Below are positions 24,197 to 33,496 of a stretch of 34,401 nt of DNA, piece by piece. The notes under the pieces were generated by a model that saw nothing but the letters and a program-made list of their open reading frames with translations, ran no database searches and had not been told where the DNA came from. Position numbers and translations under genes: made by a program. Source of the stretch: Candidatus Omnitrophota bacterium (GTDB lineage Bacteria > Omnitrophota > Gorgyraeia > B26-G9); assembly GCA_023136735.1 (NCBI GenBank), contig JAGLQQ010000048.1, forward strand, positions 1 through 34,401, written 5' to 3'. Position 1 is the first letter of the stretch; every line of letters starts with the position of its first letter.

Positions 24197-25300
24197 TTAT
24201 ATGAAAAACTCTGTCTTCCAGTCTAGTATCCACCCTGCTTTATTCACATCGGCATTTAAATTTTTTTCTATAACGCATTCAATCTTACACTTTTCCGTTC
24301 TTTTATCTAATACCGCTACGCTGCTAATAAGAAAGGTATGCGAAAATACTGCTGTTTTGCCATCAGCGACAATATTGCTCAGCTGGGCAATCTCGCTCGG
24401 TGACATTGAATAAACCTGGCTTAACTGCGCAACAATTGAATTTTCATTTGAAAAAGAGCAGTCATCAGAGTTAGCAATCACTTGATCTTCTCCGCTTCTA
24501 TAAAGAAGTATTTTCTTTACAACACTATCATTTAATCCCAAAGCATAAAATACCGGGGCCAAGGCAGTATTTATATTAACCCTGCCGGAGCCATGGACAG
24601 TTATATATGGTTTAATCCTGTCATAAACATTCTTATCCATGCCTTTGATATAATAAAGCTCTTCCAGATTCTCAAGAGGAAAATCCTTGCAATCGTATGA
24701 AAAACGCAGACTACGGTAATACTTGTCCTCAGCGCCGTTAGGCAAAGATGCATTATCGGCATCTCTCCAATCTATTATACAAGAAGCAATGCCTTCAGCC
24801 CTGTAGCTGTCAATCCCAGATGTATACTCGATCAAGCGGCTCAACTCATCAAGGCTTGCCGAATTAATATTCAGCCTGCTCATCACATCTGCCGCTCCGT
24901 AAATAATCCCCGGCTTATCAGCCTCTGAGTCCTTAAAATATAAATCTCCTGCTTTATATGAATAGCCCACCGTAAAGCTGCCGTCTAATACAGGTATCTG
25001 TGATAAAGCACCAACATTATTACTCCAGGTATCTTTTAAAAGAGCCACCGGGCTTTCTTCCCCAAAATTCCCGATTTGAGCTGCTGCCTGTTTAACTCCA
25101 GCTTCAGCAATACGGTAAAGCTTACTTCTGGTTTCCACTCTCAGGAGAAAATCAAGACGCTGTCTGACTCCCAAGCCTAAGTATAAAGCAAAAATAGTTA
25201 AAAGTCCAAGTGACCATAGAACCAGGATCAGAATACTTGCTCTATTGCTGCCTTTACACATAAGTGATTTTTTGCGCTTTGATGGTTTCATAATATTCAA
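24197..25300 (-). CDS. GspK-like minor pseudopilin
   Basis: 367 aa. N-terminal hydrophobic segment SILILVLWSLGLLTIFAL. Helix-hairpin-helix-like RLNINSASLDELSRL and RVNINTALAPVFYAL repeats typical of GspK. 4-nt overlap with the upstream gene. Confidence 0.6.
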   Translation of the reverse strand: MNIMKPSKRKKSLMCKGSNRASILILVLWSLGLLTIFALYLGLGVRQRLDFLLRVETRSKLYRIAEAGVKQAAAQIGNFGEESPVALLKDTWSNNVGALSQIPVLDGSFTVGYSYKAGDLYFKDSEADKPGIIYGAADVMSRLNINSASLDELSRLIEYTSGIDSYRAEGIASCIIDWRDADNASLPNGAEDKYYRSLRFSYDCKDFPLENLEELYYIKGMDKNVYDRIKPYITVHGSGRVNINTALAPVFYALGLNDSVVKKILLYRSGEDQVIANSDDCSFSNENSIVAQLSQVYSMSPSEIAQLSNIVADGKTAVFSHTFLISSVAVLDKRTEKCKIECVIEKNLNADVNKAGWILDWKTEFFI

Positions 25301-25944
25301 CGCAATAAACCTCCTGTTGGGATATTAATCGTCTTGGTTCTTGTTTGGGTTGTTCTACCCATATCAATGGCCATAGTTATTCTAATTGCCTGAGGATAGT
25401 CACTTATTAACTCCTTCACATCAGGAGGCGGCCAGCTGTCAACCCAGAAAAACTGCTGTTTATCTTGACTAAAAAAATAATAGGCAAAATGTAATTCCTG
25501 GACATCACTTACCAGCAATCTAGGAATCGGACTTTTAAGTGAATTAAAAAACTTATAATCAATATAGTTTCTGTCTATTGTTTTTTCCTGCGCATTAAAT
25601 GAATATGTCACCTTGCCTATGCCTTTAGAAAATCCGCCCTCATCAACCGGCACATTCACCAGTGCCGGAAAACTAAACATGTTCTCATGCCCGAGAAACG
25701 GTATTTTTTTAAAATAAACACAGTTTCTCAATTCTATTTCTAATTTTTTAGTAAACAGATTAATATCTATCTGAGGTGTTTGCTGATTGACTTTCTGCCA
25801 TATTATAATCCCGTTAGAAAGCATTCCGTAAAGAGCAATAGAAAGCACACTTAGCATAATCGTTGCTAAAAGCAGTTCAATAAAAGTAAGTCCCTTATCA
25901 CTGATTCCACTGATTGACTTATGCTTACACTGATTATTTTTCAT
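25297..25944 (-). CDS. Minor pseudopilin (GspJ-like)
   Basis: 215 aa. Prepilin-type N-terminus KGLTFIELLLATIMLSVLSIALYGML. Confidence 0.6.
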   Translation of the reverse strand: MKNNQCKHKSISGISDKGLTFIELLLATIMLSVLSIALYGMLSNGIIIWQKVNQQTPQIDINLFTKKLEIELRNCVYFKKIPFLGHENMFSFPALVNVPVDEGGFSKGIGKVTYSFNAQEKTIDRNYIDYKFFNSLKSPIPRLLVSDVQELHFAYYFFSQDKQQFFWVDSWPPPDVKELISDYPQAIRITMAIDMGRTTQTRTKTINIPTGGLLR

Positions 25945-26020
25945 AACTAACTATTGGCTTATCACAGCTTTGTTTTTTGCGCAATACTCAATACGCAATA
26001 CTCGTTAGAAATTTCTATTA

Positions 26021-26521
26021 TTACGGCGTACTATTATCAAAATAGCGCTTTGCCATTGTCTGGGCCCTAAGCTTCATTATTTTGTTGCCCTGCTGCCAGC
26101 TTAAATCAAGGTTAACACGATAAAGCTCCTGTATAGGATCTACAAGCTGCATAGTCGATATCCAGACATATTCTTCCGCTCCAAGACTGATCACACCATT
26201 GGACTGCAACGGTAAAAATGCTCCGGCCGGTTCATTTAACCTGCTTTGTATTTGACATATTTTTTCCTCAAAAAACCATTGAGCATTCAAGCGATTATTA
26301 AAAACAGCAAGCGCATCTAAAGAAATCAGAAATGATTCAAAAATGACCACTACTCCCACGACAAGAACTACAGTCGCGACCATCACCTCAATTAAAGTAA
26401 ATCCGTTATTTTTTCGTTTACCTGAACAGCAAAAAGAAAACAGACGACAGGCGACAGACGACAGAATTTGACTTCTTTGTTTTCTGTTCTCTGTATTCTG
26501 TTTTCGGTTTTCTATATTCAT
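26021..26521 (-). CDS. Minor pseudopilin (GspH/I-like) with an unusually long, repeat-encoded leader
   Basis: 166 aa. NNG|FTLIEVMVATVVLVVGVV is preceded by about 40 aa (MNIENRKQNTENRKQ...). The ATG lies 1 nt after the gspG stop. There is no in-frame ATG/GTG/TTG closer to the cleavage motif. Confidence 0.6.
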   Translation of the reverse strand: MNIENRKQNTENRKQRSQILSSVACRLFSFCCSGKRKNNGFTLIEVMVATVVLVVGVVVIFESFLISLDALAVFNNRLNAQWFFEEKICQIQSRLNEPAGAFLPLQSNGVISLGAEEYVWISTMQLVDPIQELYRVNLDLSWQQGNKIMKLRAQTMAKRYFDNSTP

Positions 26522-26522
26522 A

Positions 26523-26927
26523 TTACTCCCAATTTACAACATCATCCTCACTTGGTTGGCCATCCTTACCCAGAGAAAACAGATCATAATCCTGAGGTCT
26601 ATGCTGTCCGGGGGATTTATAAACATAGGTCCTCCCCCAAGGGTCGACTGCATCTTTCTCAAGATATGGGCCGTTCCAATTAGGAGCAGACGATGGCTTA
26701 ACAAGTAATGCCTGCAGTCCTTCAGAGGATATCGGAAATTGTCCATTATCAAGCTCATAAAGTTTTAGAGCTGTTGCAATATTTGCGTTTATGTCCGCAT
26801 TAGCCGCTGCAATACGCGCCTGTTCTGATCGGCCGGCAAGACGCGGCAATACCATCGCGGCCAAAGCGCTTATAATAATCACTACCAGCATTAGTTCTAT
26901 CAAAGTAAATGCCTTTTTCGTTTTCAT
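26523..26927 (-). CDS. gspG: Type II secretion major pseudopilin GspG
   Basis: 134 aa. MKTKKAFTLIELMLVVIIISALAAMVLPRL...ARIAAANADI...ALKLYELDNGQFP...WNGPYL...DPWGRTYVYKSPGQH...DYDLFSLGKDGQ...DDVVNWE. Confidence 0.9.
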   Translation of the reverse strand: MKTKKAFTLIELMLVVIIISALAAMVLPRLAGRSEQARIAAANADINANIATALKLYELDNGQFPISSEGLQALLVKPSSAPNWNGPYLEKDAVDPWGRTYVYKSPGQHRPQDYDLFSLGKDGQPSEDDVVNWE

Positions 26928-27032
26928 AACTTATCTCCTTTTTCCAATATTATGTGTCGCGTATTGAGTATTACGCATTAGTTAATTATTTGGGCAGCAT
27001 AGGTTTTTCACGCAATACGCTATCCTAAATAC

Positions 27033-27890
27033 TTAATCCTGGGTTAAAATATGTTCTCTCCACTTTCCTTCCAATTGATCAATACTTCTTATCTGGGTCG
27101 GATAAGCAAATTGCAAAGCCTCGGTAATCGTTTTCCCATCACGCAATTGCCGGCTAAAAACAATAAAATCCTCTGCCCCGAATCTATTCATAAGAAAACT
27201 AACCAGAGAAAAAGCCTGCAAATAATATGTGTTTACCAGCTCATCTCCTCTTAATTGTAATATTAATCTATTTTTCCTATCCTCATATAAACCTGTTACC
27301 TTAACTTTGTTATCATTTTGCACACTCCTCACGTCTATCTGCATCATTGCATCTAGACTTAGAAGTCTTTTACTAATAGCTAATTTCTTTACCATATCCG
27401 TTCTTAGCACCCGGGCATTTTTTTCTCCCCACTGAGCTATCCCTTCATCCAGCCATAAAGGCACTTCTCCTTTAAACCCAACAAAATCCCGGAAGATAAG
27501 ATGTGTGATCTCATGCACAAGCAATCTGTCTAGGAAATCATGACCCCAAACATAACTCATTATGTACTTCTGGGTGTAATTAGCCATACCATGAGACCAG
27601 CTCTGCTGGTGACTTGCCAGAAGATAGGCATTATGATCCGGGTATATATAAATTTTAACGCGCTTATCCCACTTCCAGAAGTTTGAATAACGTACATATC
27701 CGAGTTCAACGGCCACAGTATCGTAATATTCTTCGGCCGCTACTGACACACTTTCAGCAAATTCTTGATTATCTGTATAAAAATAAACGATGAAATGCTC
27801 AGTTCGTATTTGTTCCCATTGAGATTGAGAGTAACTCAAAGAACCGAATAATAAAAAAATGGCTATTGTAAGGTAAATTATTATCTTCAA
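27033..27890 (-). CDS. Secreted zinc metallopeptidase, MA-clan (peptidase_MA_2-like)
   Basis: 285 aa. Signal-peptide-like N-terminus MKIIIYLTIAIFLLFGSLSYSQS. HEITH zinc motif followed by LWLDEGIAQW (gluzincin third ligand). Confidence 0.55.
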   Translation of the reverse strand: MKIIIYLTIAIFLLFGSLSYSQSQWEQIRTEHFIVYFYTDNQEFAESVSVAAEEYYDTVAVELGYVRYSNFWKWDKRVKIYIYPDHNAYLLASHQQSWSHGMANYTQKYIMSYVWGHDFLDRLLVHEITHLIFRDFVGFKGEVPLWLDEGIAQWGEKNARVLRTDMVKKLAISKRLLSLDAMMQIDVRSVQNDNKVKVTGLYEDRKNRLILQLRGDELVNTYYLQAFSLVSFLMNRFGAEDFIVFSRQLRDGKTITEALQFAYPTQIRSIDQLEGKWREHILTQD

Positions 27891-27892
27891 TA

Positions 27893-29116
27893 TTATTGAA
27901 CTATCAAGTTTAATTGGAATACAGGTAAAAGCATCGAAACAATAATAAAACCGACAATAACGCCCATGAACAAAATCATTAAAGGTTCAAGCAAATTTGT
28001 CATTATCTTAATAGCCTCATCAGTCTCTTCCTCATAAGTAATGGCAAGTTCCTCCAAAGCCCCTTCGATTTTACCTGATTCTTCTCCAACGCTCACAAGA
28101 TTAACCATGAACTTTGGGAAAAGAGAGCATTTATCCAGGGTTGCTCCAAAAGTTTCGCCTTGCTCTATTGACTTATACCCTTTTTTCAACTCTTGTTTTA
28201 TAACTTCATTATCAAGCGTAGCAATACTTTTTTGTATAGCACTAAGAAGCTGGATACCGCTTTTAAGCAACAGATCCAAAGTTCTGCTGAACTGCGCAAG
28301 CTCTGCTTTTAAAAACAGCGCACCGAAAATAGGGCTGCGCAATTTAATATGACTTGCAATTAGTTTACCTGCCTTCGTCGCCATCATACGTTTAATCAGG
28401 ATAAATATTACAGCAATTCCTAGGACAAATACAGGCCAGACCCATTGTTGGGTCAAAAAATTACTGATACTGATAAGAATTTTTGTCGGTAATGGCAACT
28501 CCTGACCTAAGCGTGTAAAGATACTAAGCAGCCGGGGCATAACAAAAGTCAGCATAAATATTATTGTTCCTGTTCCGACTAATGCCATAAGGATAGGATA
28601 GGTCAGGGCAGTACGGATATCTGAAAAAATCTGTTCTTTTTTCTTTCTGTACTCAGCTATGCGCAGCAAAGCGACTTCCATAGTACCGCTCTCTTCACCG
28701 GCAGCAATTAAAGACACAAAAAGCACTGAAAACACCTCTGAATGAAAAGCCAAAGCCGAAGACAATGTTTTGCCGTCTTTTATTTGTACCCGCACACTAT
28801 TGAGGATTCTCTTCAATTTCTGATTAGGAGTTTGATTGGTAAGGATTATAAGTGCCTTTAATATAGGCACGCCGGATTTAAGCAATATAGATAACTGTCT
28901 GGCAAAAACTGTTATTTGTTTTTGTTTTATTCGCCCCGCGAAAAATCCTTGCTGTTTAAAATTATCATTGCTGCTGGAACCAGAAACTTCAACAAGTACA
29001 GGCAAATAGCCCATTTTACTGATCTTATCCACTGCTTCTTCTTTAGAACCTGCGGCAATTACGGAAGTAATTACCTTGTCCGGACCTTTTTTAGCTTTGT
29101 ATCTATAAAGTCCCAT
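27893..29116 (-). CDS. GspF/PilC-family platform protein (paralog 2)
   Basis: 407 aa. YRYKAKKGPDKVITSVIAAGSKEEAVDKISKMGYLPV. QLSILLKSGVPILKAL. AGEESGTMEVALLRIAEY. VGEESGKIEGALEELAITYEEE. TM segments. Confidence 0.9.
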   Translation of the reverse strand: MGLYRYKAKKGPDKVITSVIAAGSKEEAVDKISKMGYLPVLVEVSGSSSNDNFKQQGFFAGRIKQKQITVFARQLSILLKSGVPILKALIILTNQTPNQKLKRILNSVRVQIKDGKTLSSALAFHSEVFSVLFVSLIAAGEESGTMEVALLRIAEYRKKKEQIFSDIRTALTYPILMALVGTGTIIFMLTFVMPRLLSIFTRLGQELPLPTKILISISNFLTQQWVWPVFVLGIAVIFILIKRMMATKAGKLIASHIKLRSPIFGALFLKAELAQFSRTLDLLLKSGIQLLSAIQKSIATLDNEVIKQELKKGYKSIEQGETFGATLDKCSLFPKFMVNLVSVGEESGKIEGALEELAITYEEETDEAIKIMTNLLEPLMILFMGVIVGFIIVSMLLPVFQLNLIVQ

Positions 29117-29131
29117 ATTTTATCTTCCTTA

Positions 29132-29257
29132 TTTTTAGTTCTTTCTTATTTAAGTTTAACGAAAGAACCTAATTATGGGGCATTCTTAATTTATTCTAAT
29201 AACTTGCAAATCATTAAGTTATAGCAAACTATTTAACTTAATTAAGAATGGCTCATT
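29132..29257 (-). repeat. Intergenic repeat family 1, copy B, between the PilZ gene stop and the GspF/PilC paralog 2 start
   Basis: See 249-398. In mRNA sense, CATTCTTAATT...AATTAAGAATG (an 11-bp inverted repeat) encloses the conserved ATAACTT-N10-AAGTTAT hairpin. A second hairpin, GTTCTTTC-N16-GAAAGAAC, follows. Confidence 0.8.
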
Positions 29258-29743
29258 TTATTGACTAGTCTTGTTCAAAAATTCATTTAAGCGATTTTGC
29301 TCCGAATGGGTCAGATCCAGAAAACAAACAGCAATCGTGCAATTTTTTTCCTGCTCATTCAAATCACAGCGAATAACTCTTGAAAGACATTGGATATCTT
29401 CGTCAGTTTCCGATAACTCCAACATCAGATCAATGGTTATTCCGAGTTGCAATGACCTATCTGTTTTAAAAAGTATACCTCCGGCACTGATATTAATAGT
29501 CTTACCCTGAATATCAAACTCACTTTCATGCCCTAGTTTAAACCGGTTAAACCATAAAGGCAACTGCATGTCAAAGCGGGCATATATACGCAGATCCAGC
29601 ATATTAAGTTTCTCCAAGCCCTTAGGAATATACCCTAGATCATTGATCTTTTCAAGCGCTTCTTGCGCGGTATTAGCATAAACCACCGCCTCAATCGGCT
29701 TTCCATTTATCTGTCTTTTTGCAAAATATTTATATGCCTGCAT
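29258..29743 (-). CDS. Small PilZ-domain protein with a GspF-N-terminus-like leader segment
   Basis: 161 aa. PilZ motifs RIYAR (RxxxR) and NISAGG ((D/N)xSxxG). N-terminal YKYFAKRQINGKPIEAVVYANTAQEALEKINDLGYIP resembles the N-terminus of the adjacent GspF (YRYKAKKGPDKVITSVIAAGSKEEAVDKISKMGYLP). Confidence 0.65.
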   Translation of the reverse strand: MQAYKYFAKRQINGKPIEAVVYANTAQEALEKINDLGYIPKGLEKLNMLDLRIYARFDMQLPLWFNRFKLGHESEFDIQGKTINISAGGILFKTDRSLQLGITIDLMLELSETDEDIQCLSRVIRCDLNEQEKNCTIAVCFLDLTHSEQNRLNEFLNKTSQ

Positions 29744-29760
29744 AGATTTTATCCTGCAAT

Positions 29761-31983
29761 TTATTGATTTATATACCGACTAAGACGTCTGCGTTCAGAA
29801 TTGGGCAGATCAAGAAAACATATAGCAATTTCATAATCCTTATTAGCTACTAACTCCTGACAGCGGATAATTTTTGACAGACACTCAATATTTATTGGAT
29901 CATCAGGCAGTTCCAGTTTCATTTCAATGATTTTGCCGGGAGCAAAATATTCTGTAATATTAAAAAGCAAACCGCCGGCACTTATATTTTTTGTAACCAT
30001 TACCATTTCCGGCTCAAAATTAACTTCAGAATTGCCTTTAGCCGCCTTAAATATTTTAAAGCGAATGTAAACACGGTCATCTTTGCGTCCGTAAATGCGT
30101 CTGTCCGAAGGCATTGCAACTCTTTGTTTTTGAAGAACATCGTTTTTCGGTTCATCAGCAGCAAACCTCGTATCCGGAGCACTTTCCTTTGACACCGCTA
30201 GCGCTTTTTCTAATGTAGTTTTTTCTTCCTTAGGCATTTGCTCTGGCATTAATTCATCTGACTGCGTAACCCTGATTATCTCATCAGGAGTAGTGACCCC
30301 GGCTATCACCTTAAGCCATCCGCTTTGACGCAATGTTCTCATCCCATTTACAACAGCGCATTTTTTTATCTGATCACTCGTTGCTTTTTGTGAAGTAAGC
30401 TCTTTAATCGGCTCATTGACGATAAGTATCTCATGAATTGCCGTCCGGCCGTAGAATCCGGTAAAATTACATGCTTGACATCCAGCACTTCGATAAATTT
30501 TTATCAAGCTTTGGTCATCAAATTCAAGCTCTCTGGCAATCAGCTCTTTTATCCCCGCGATTGGATCATCATCCTCTTTCTTGCAATGAGGACAATTCAC
30601 TCTTATTAATCTCTGAGCAATAAAAGCATCAACGCTTGATGCCACAAGATACGGCTCAAGGCCTATGTCTACAAGCCGGGTGATACCGCTGGCAGCATCA
30701 TTAGTATGTAATGTCGAAAAAACAAGATGCCCTGTTAAAGCTACCCGTATCGCGATTTCTGCTGTTTCTAGATCTCTAACTTCTCCGACCATCATAACAT
30801 CAGGATCGTGGCGCAACATACTACGCAAGCCCTTAGCAAAATCAAGTCCGATCTCAGAGGCAATTTGTATCTGAGTAATACCCTCAAGCTCATATTCTAT
30901 TGGATCCTCAATAGTAATAATTTTACGCTCATTCGTATTTATGGTAGAAAGGCATGCATAAAGAGTAGTTGTCTTACCGCTTCCAGTCGGTCCAGTCACA
31001 AATATTATGCCATGCGGTTTACTGATAAGCTCCTTAAAAAAAGTCAACTCCTTCTCATCAAGTCCCAGTTTTTCCAGATCAAAGAGCATAACTGCGGGCA
31101 AAATTCTAATAACAACACTCTCTCCATGCGGTGTTGGTATAAAAGAAACTCTTAAGTCAAGTTTTTGATCCCCTACTTTAACAATAGCTCGACCGTCTTG
31201 GGGAACCCGATGCTCAACAATATTCAAGTTTGACATCAGCTTAATTCTAGATAGAATCGGAATAAAGAAATTCCTTATTTCCGGAGTAACATTAGCATCA
31301 TACAATATGCCATCGATTCGGTAACGCAGCCTTAGTTTATTACGATATGGCTCTATATGTATATCTGTGGCTCTTTTCCTGTAAGCCTCCAGAATTATCT
31401 GGTTAACCAGTTGAATAACTGATACAGTATCTACTGCTTCCTCCAGATCATCAACATGCTCATCAGCCTTGATCTTTGCCTCAACATTCTCGTAGGTTTT
31501 CTGCGATATTATTTTTTCCACCATCTCAGCCGCAACCCCGTAATACTGTTTGAGCATCTCCACAATATCATGTTCGCAGCTCAGAACGACTTTAATGTTA
31601 AAACCTAAATGTGACCTAATTTCATCCTGAATTTTGACATCAAGCGGATAGGCAACAGCAATGGTAAGATTTCGGTTTTCAAGAGTTATCGGTAGAAAAG
31701 CATAATATGATGCGATTTTAACGGGAACTTTATCGATTAAAGCCTTTTCTATAGAAACACCCTTTAAATCAAGATAAGCACTTCGGAATTCTTTAGTAAT
31801 AATTTCAAGAATTTCCTTTTCATTGAGTTTGTGAATATTGCATATAATAGGAATAGGCGAAACTTGTTTTTTTGCGGCTTGGGAAAAACAGTTTTTAATA
31901 CTGTTTTCGTCCAAGTTTTTCTTGTTTTTTAAAAGCTGAACAACCCGCGCATCGGTTTTTTTATCCATAAAAATTTTTTCCAT
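29761..31983 (-). CDS. GspE/PilB-family ATPase with a C-terminal PilZ domain
   Basis: 740 aa. [64 protein letters not shown]...CQACNFTGFYGRTAIHE. About 150 extra C-terminal residues carry RIYGR (RxxxR) and NISAGG. Confidence 0.88.
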   Translation of the reverse strand: MEKIFMDKKTDARVVQLLKNKKNLDENSIKNCFSQAAKKQVSPIPIICNIHKLNEKEILEIITKEFRSAYLDLKGVSIEKALIDKVPVKIASYYAFLPITLENRNLTIAVAYPLDVKIQDEIRSHLGFNIKVVLSCEHDIVEMLKQYYGVAAEMVEKIISQKTYENVEAKIKADEHVDDLEEAVDTVSVIQLVNQIILEAYRKRATDIHIEPYRNKLRLRYRIDGILYDANVTPEIRNFFIPILSRIKLMSNLNIVEHRVPQDGRAIVKVGDQKLDLRVSFIPTPHGESVVIRILPAVMLFDLEKLGLDEKELTFFKELISKPHGIIFVTGPTGSGKTTTLYACLSTINTNERKIITIEDPIEYELEGITQIQIASEIGLDFAKGLRSMLRHDPDVMMVGEVRDLETAEIAIRVALTGHLVFSTLHTNDAASGITRLVDIGLEPYLVASSVDAFIAQRLIRVNCPHCKKEDDDPIAGIKELIARELEFDDQSLIKIYRSAGCQACNFTGFYGRTAIHEILIVNEPIKELTSQKATSDQIKKCAVVNGMRTLRQSGWLKVIAGVTTPDEIIRVTQSDELMPEQMPKEEKTTLEKALAVSKESAPDTRFAADEPKNDVLQKQRVAMPSDRRIYGRKDDRVYIRFKIFKAAKGNSEVNFEPEMVMVTKNISAGGLLFNITEYFAPGKIIEMKLELPDDPINIECLSKIIRCQELVANKDYEIAICFLDLPNSERRRLSRYINQ

Positions 31984-32015
31984 TAACCTGTTAACTTGTG
32001 CATTCCATCTAATTT

Positions 32016-32044
32016 ATTATTGCATTGTTGCAATTTTTTGTCAA
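32016..32044 (-). promoter_or_regulatory. Sigma70-type promoter candidate for the GspE-PilZ operon
   Basis: Minus-strand TTGACA (32044-32039), 17 nt, AATAAT (32021-32016), about 30 nt upstream of the ATG at 31983. Confidence 0.4.
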
Positions 32045-32083
32045 TGAATCAAGCTTCTAATCCCTAGTCCCCCACTCCCTGCT

Positions 32084-33496
32084 TTACTTGAGTGCTCCAA
32101 TCATATAAAACAGATCTTCGCTCTTAGCATCCATTTCACCTGAGAGCAGCCGCTCACAGCTTCTAAGTGTCTCTTCAATAGTGACATACTCACCATGACA
32201 ACCTGTATAGGCCTCAGCTACAGAAAATGGCTGTGTCAGAAAATACTGTATTTTTCGCGCGCGTTCATATATTATCCTATCCGCAGCAGATAGTTCATCG
32301 ATACCAATAACCAAAACAATCTTTCTCAAGTCTTCATATCTCTGCAAAATATGCAAAACTTCCTGTGCAATATTAAAATGTCTCTGTCCGACCACATCAG
32401 GATCAAGATTTGCGCAGCTTGACAGAAGCGGGTCTATGGCAGGATAAAGCCCCAGCTGTACTTTTTCACGCGAAAGAACAATCACCGAGTCTAAGAAACT
32501 AAAAATCGCAACTACAGCTGGATCAGTAAGGTCATCTGCCGGCACATATACTGCTTCAATTGCTGTAATAGCTCCACCCACCCCATCTGATGTACAAATT
32601 CGCTCATGAAACTCACTAGCTTCACTTATTAAAGTCGGCTGATAGCCGGTTTCTGATGGCACTCGGCCAAGCAAGGTAGAGATCTCCTGTCCTGCTTGCA
32701 AAAATCTAAAAATATTATCTACAAATAAAAGCACATCCTTATTCTGGCGCTGGATACTCTCTGCTAAAGTTATTCCGCTCATAGCTATCTCATAACGCGC
32801 TCCAGGAGGTTCATTCATCTGACCAAAGACAATTTTCATTTTAGAAAGAATATCATGCCGGGCAAGCTCATGATAAAGCTCATTACCCTCACGCACACGT
32901 TCTCCGGCTCCGGTAAATACGCATCTTCCTTTATGACGCCTTACAATATGCTGGATAATTTCAAGGATCAAGACACTTTTGCCCATAGCCGCTCCACCAA
33001 GGATCCCGTTCTTAGAGCCTTTAACAAAAGGAAATAAAAGATCAAGCATTTTTATGCCTGTTTCCAGAATTTCAGGCTTTGCCCCGCCCTTATCTTTTAT
33101 TTTAAGCTCAGTCCCTCTTGATGGCTGTCGAATCGGCTTGGTATAGGTGATATTTATCGGCCCCTTCTTGTCTATAGGCTCACCCAGCACATTCAAAAGA
33201 CGCGAGTAAACCTCATCTCCCACAGGGATCTCAATGCCTCCACCGGGCACAAAAGCATCTGCGTGGCTCTGCAGGTTCTGCGTGGAGTTAATTGAGATGC
33301 AACGGGCTATATTATTCGGTGAATGTTCTGCTACTTCAAGCGTAATTTTATCTCCATCGACAGTATAGACATGGATAATATCATAAACATTTGGAACCTC
33401 TTCCTGTGTAGAAAATTGCACATCAACAACCGGTCCCTGCACAGCAACTACTTTACCTACTATTCTTTTTTTCTTTTTTAGCTTATGCTTATTCAT
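32084..33496 (-). CDS. atpD: F1-ATPase beta subunit, divergent
   Basis: 470 aa. GAGERVREGNELY. QMNEPPGARYE. DVLLFVDNIFRFLQAG. GYQPTL. VYVPADDLTDPA. YPAIDPL. ARKIQYFLTQPF. P-loop is GGAAMGKS rather than the usual GGAGVGKT. Basic N-terminal extension MNKHKLKKKKR. Confidence 0.85.
   Translation of the reverse strand: MNKHKLKKKKRIVGKVVAVQGPVVDVQFSTQEEVPNVYDIIHVYTVDGDKITLEVAEHSPNNIARCISINSTQNLQSHADAFVPGGGIEIPVGDEVYSRLLNVLGEPIDKKGPINITYTKPIRQPSRGTELKIKDKGGAKPEILETGIKMLDLLFPFVKGSKNGILGGAAMGKSVLILEIIQHIVRRHKGRCVFTGAGERVREGNELYHELARHDILSKMKIVFGQMNEPPGARYEIAMSGITLAESIQRQNKDVLLFVDNIFRFLQAGQEISTLLGRVPSETGYQPTLISEASEFHERICTSDGVGGAITAIEAVYVPADDLTDPAVVAIFSFLDSVIVLSREKVQLGLYPAIDPLLSSCANLDPDVVGQRHFNIAQEVLHILQRYEDLRKIVLVIGIDELSAADRIIYERARKIQYFLTQPFSVAEAYTGCHGEYVTIEETLRSCERLLSGEMDAKSEDLFYMIGALK

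Noticed and set aside
26534-26758. Nested minus-strand alternative-frame ORFs (26534-26758 inside gspG, 30000-30182 inside GspE-PilZ, 16178-16366 inside the MTase)
   Set aside because: They lie entirely within well-supported genes in another frame and show no motifs. There is no evidence for overlapping genes.
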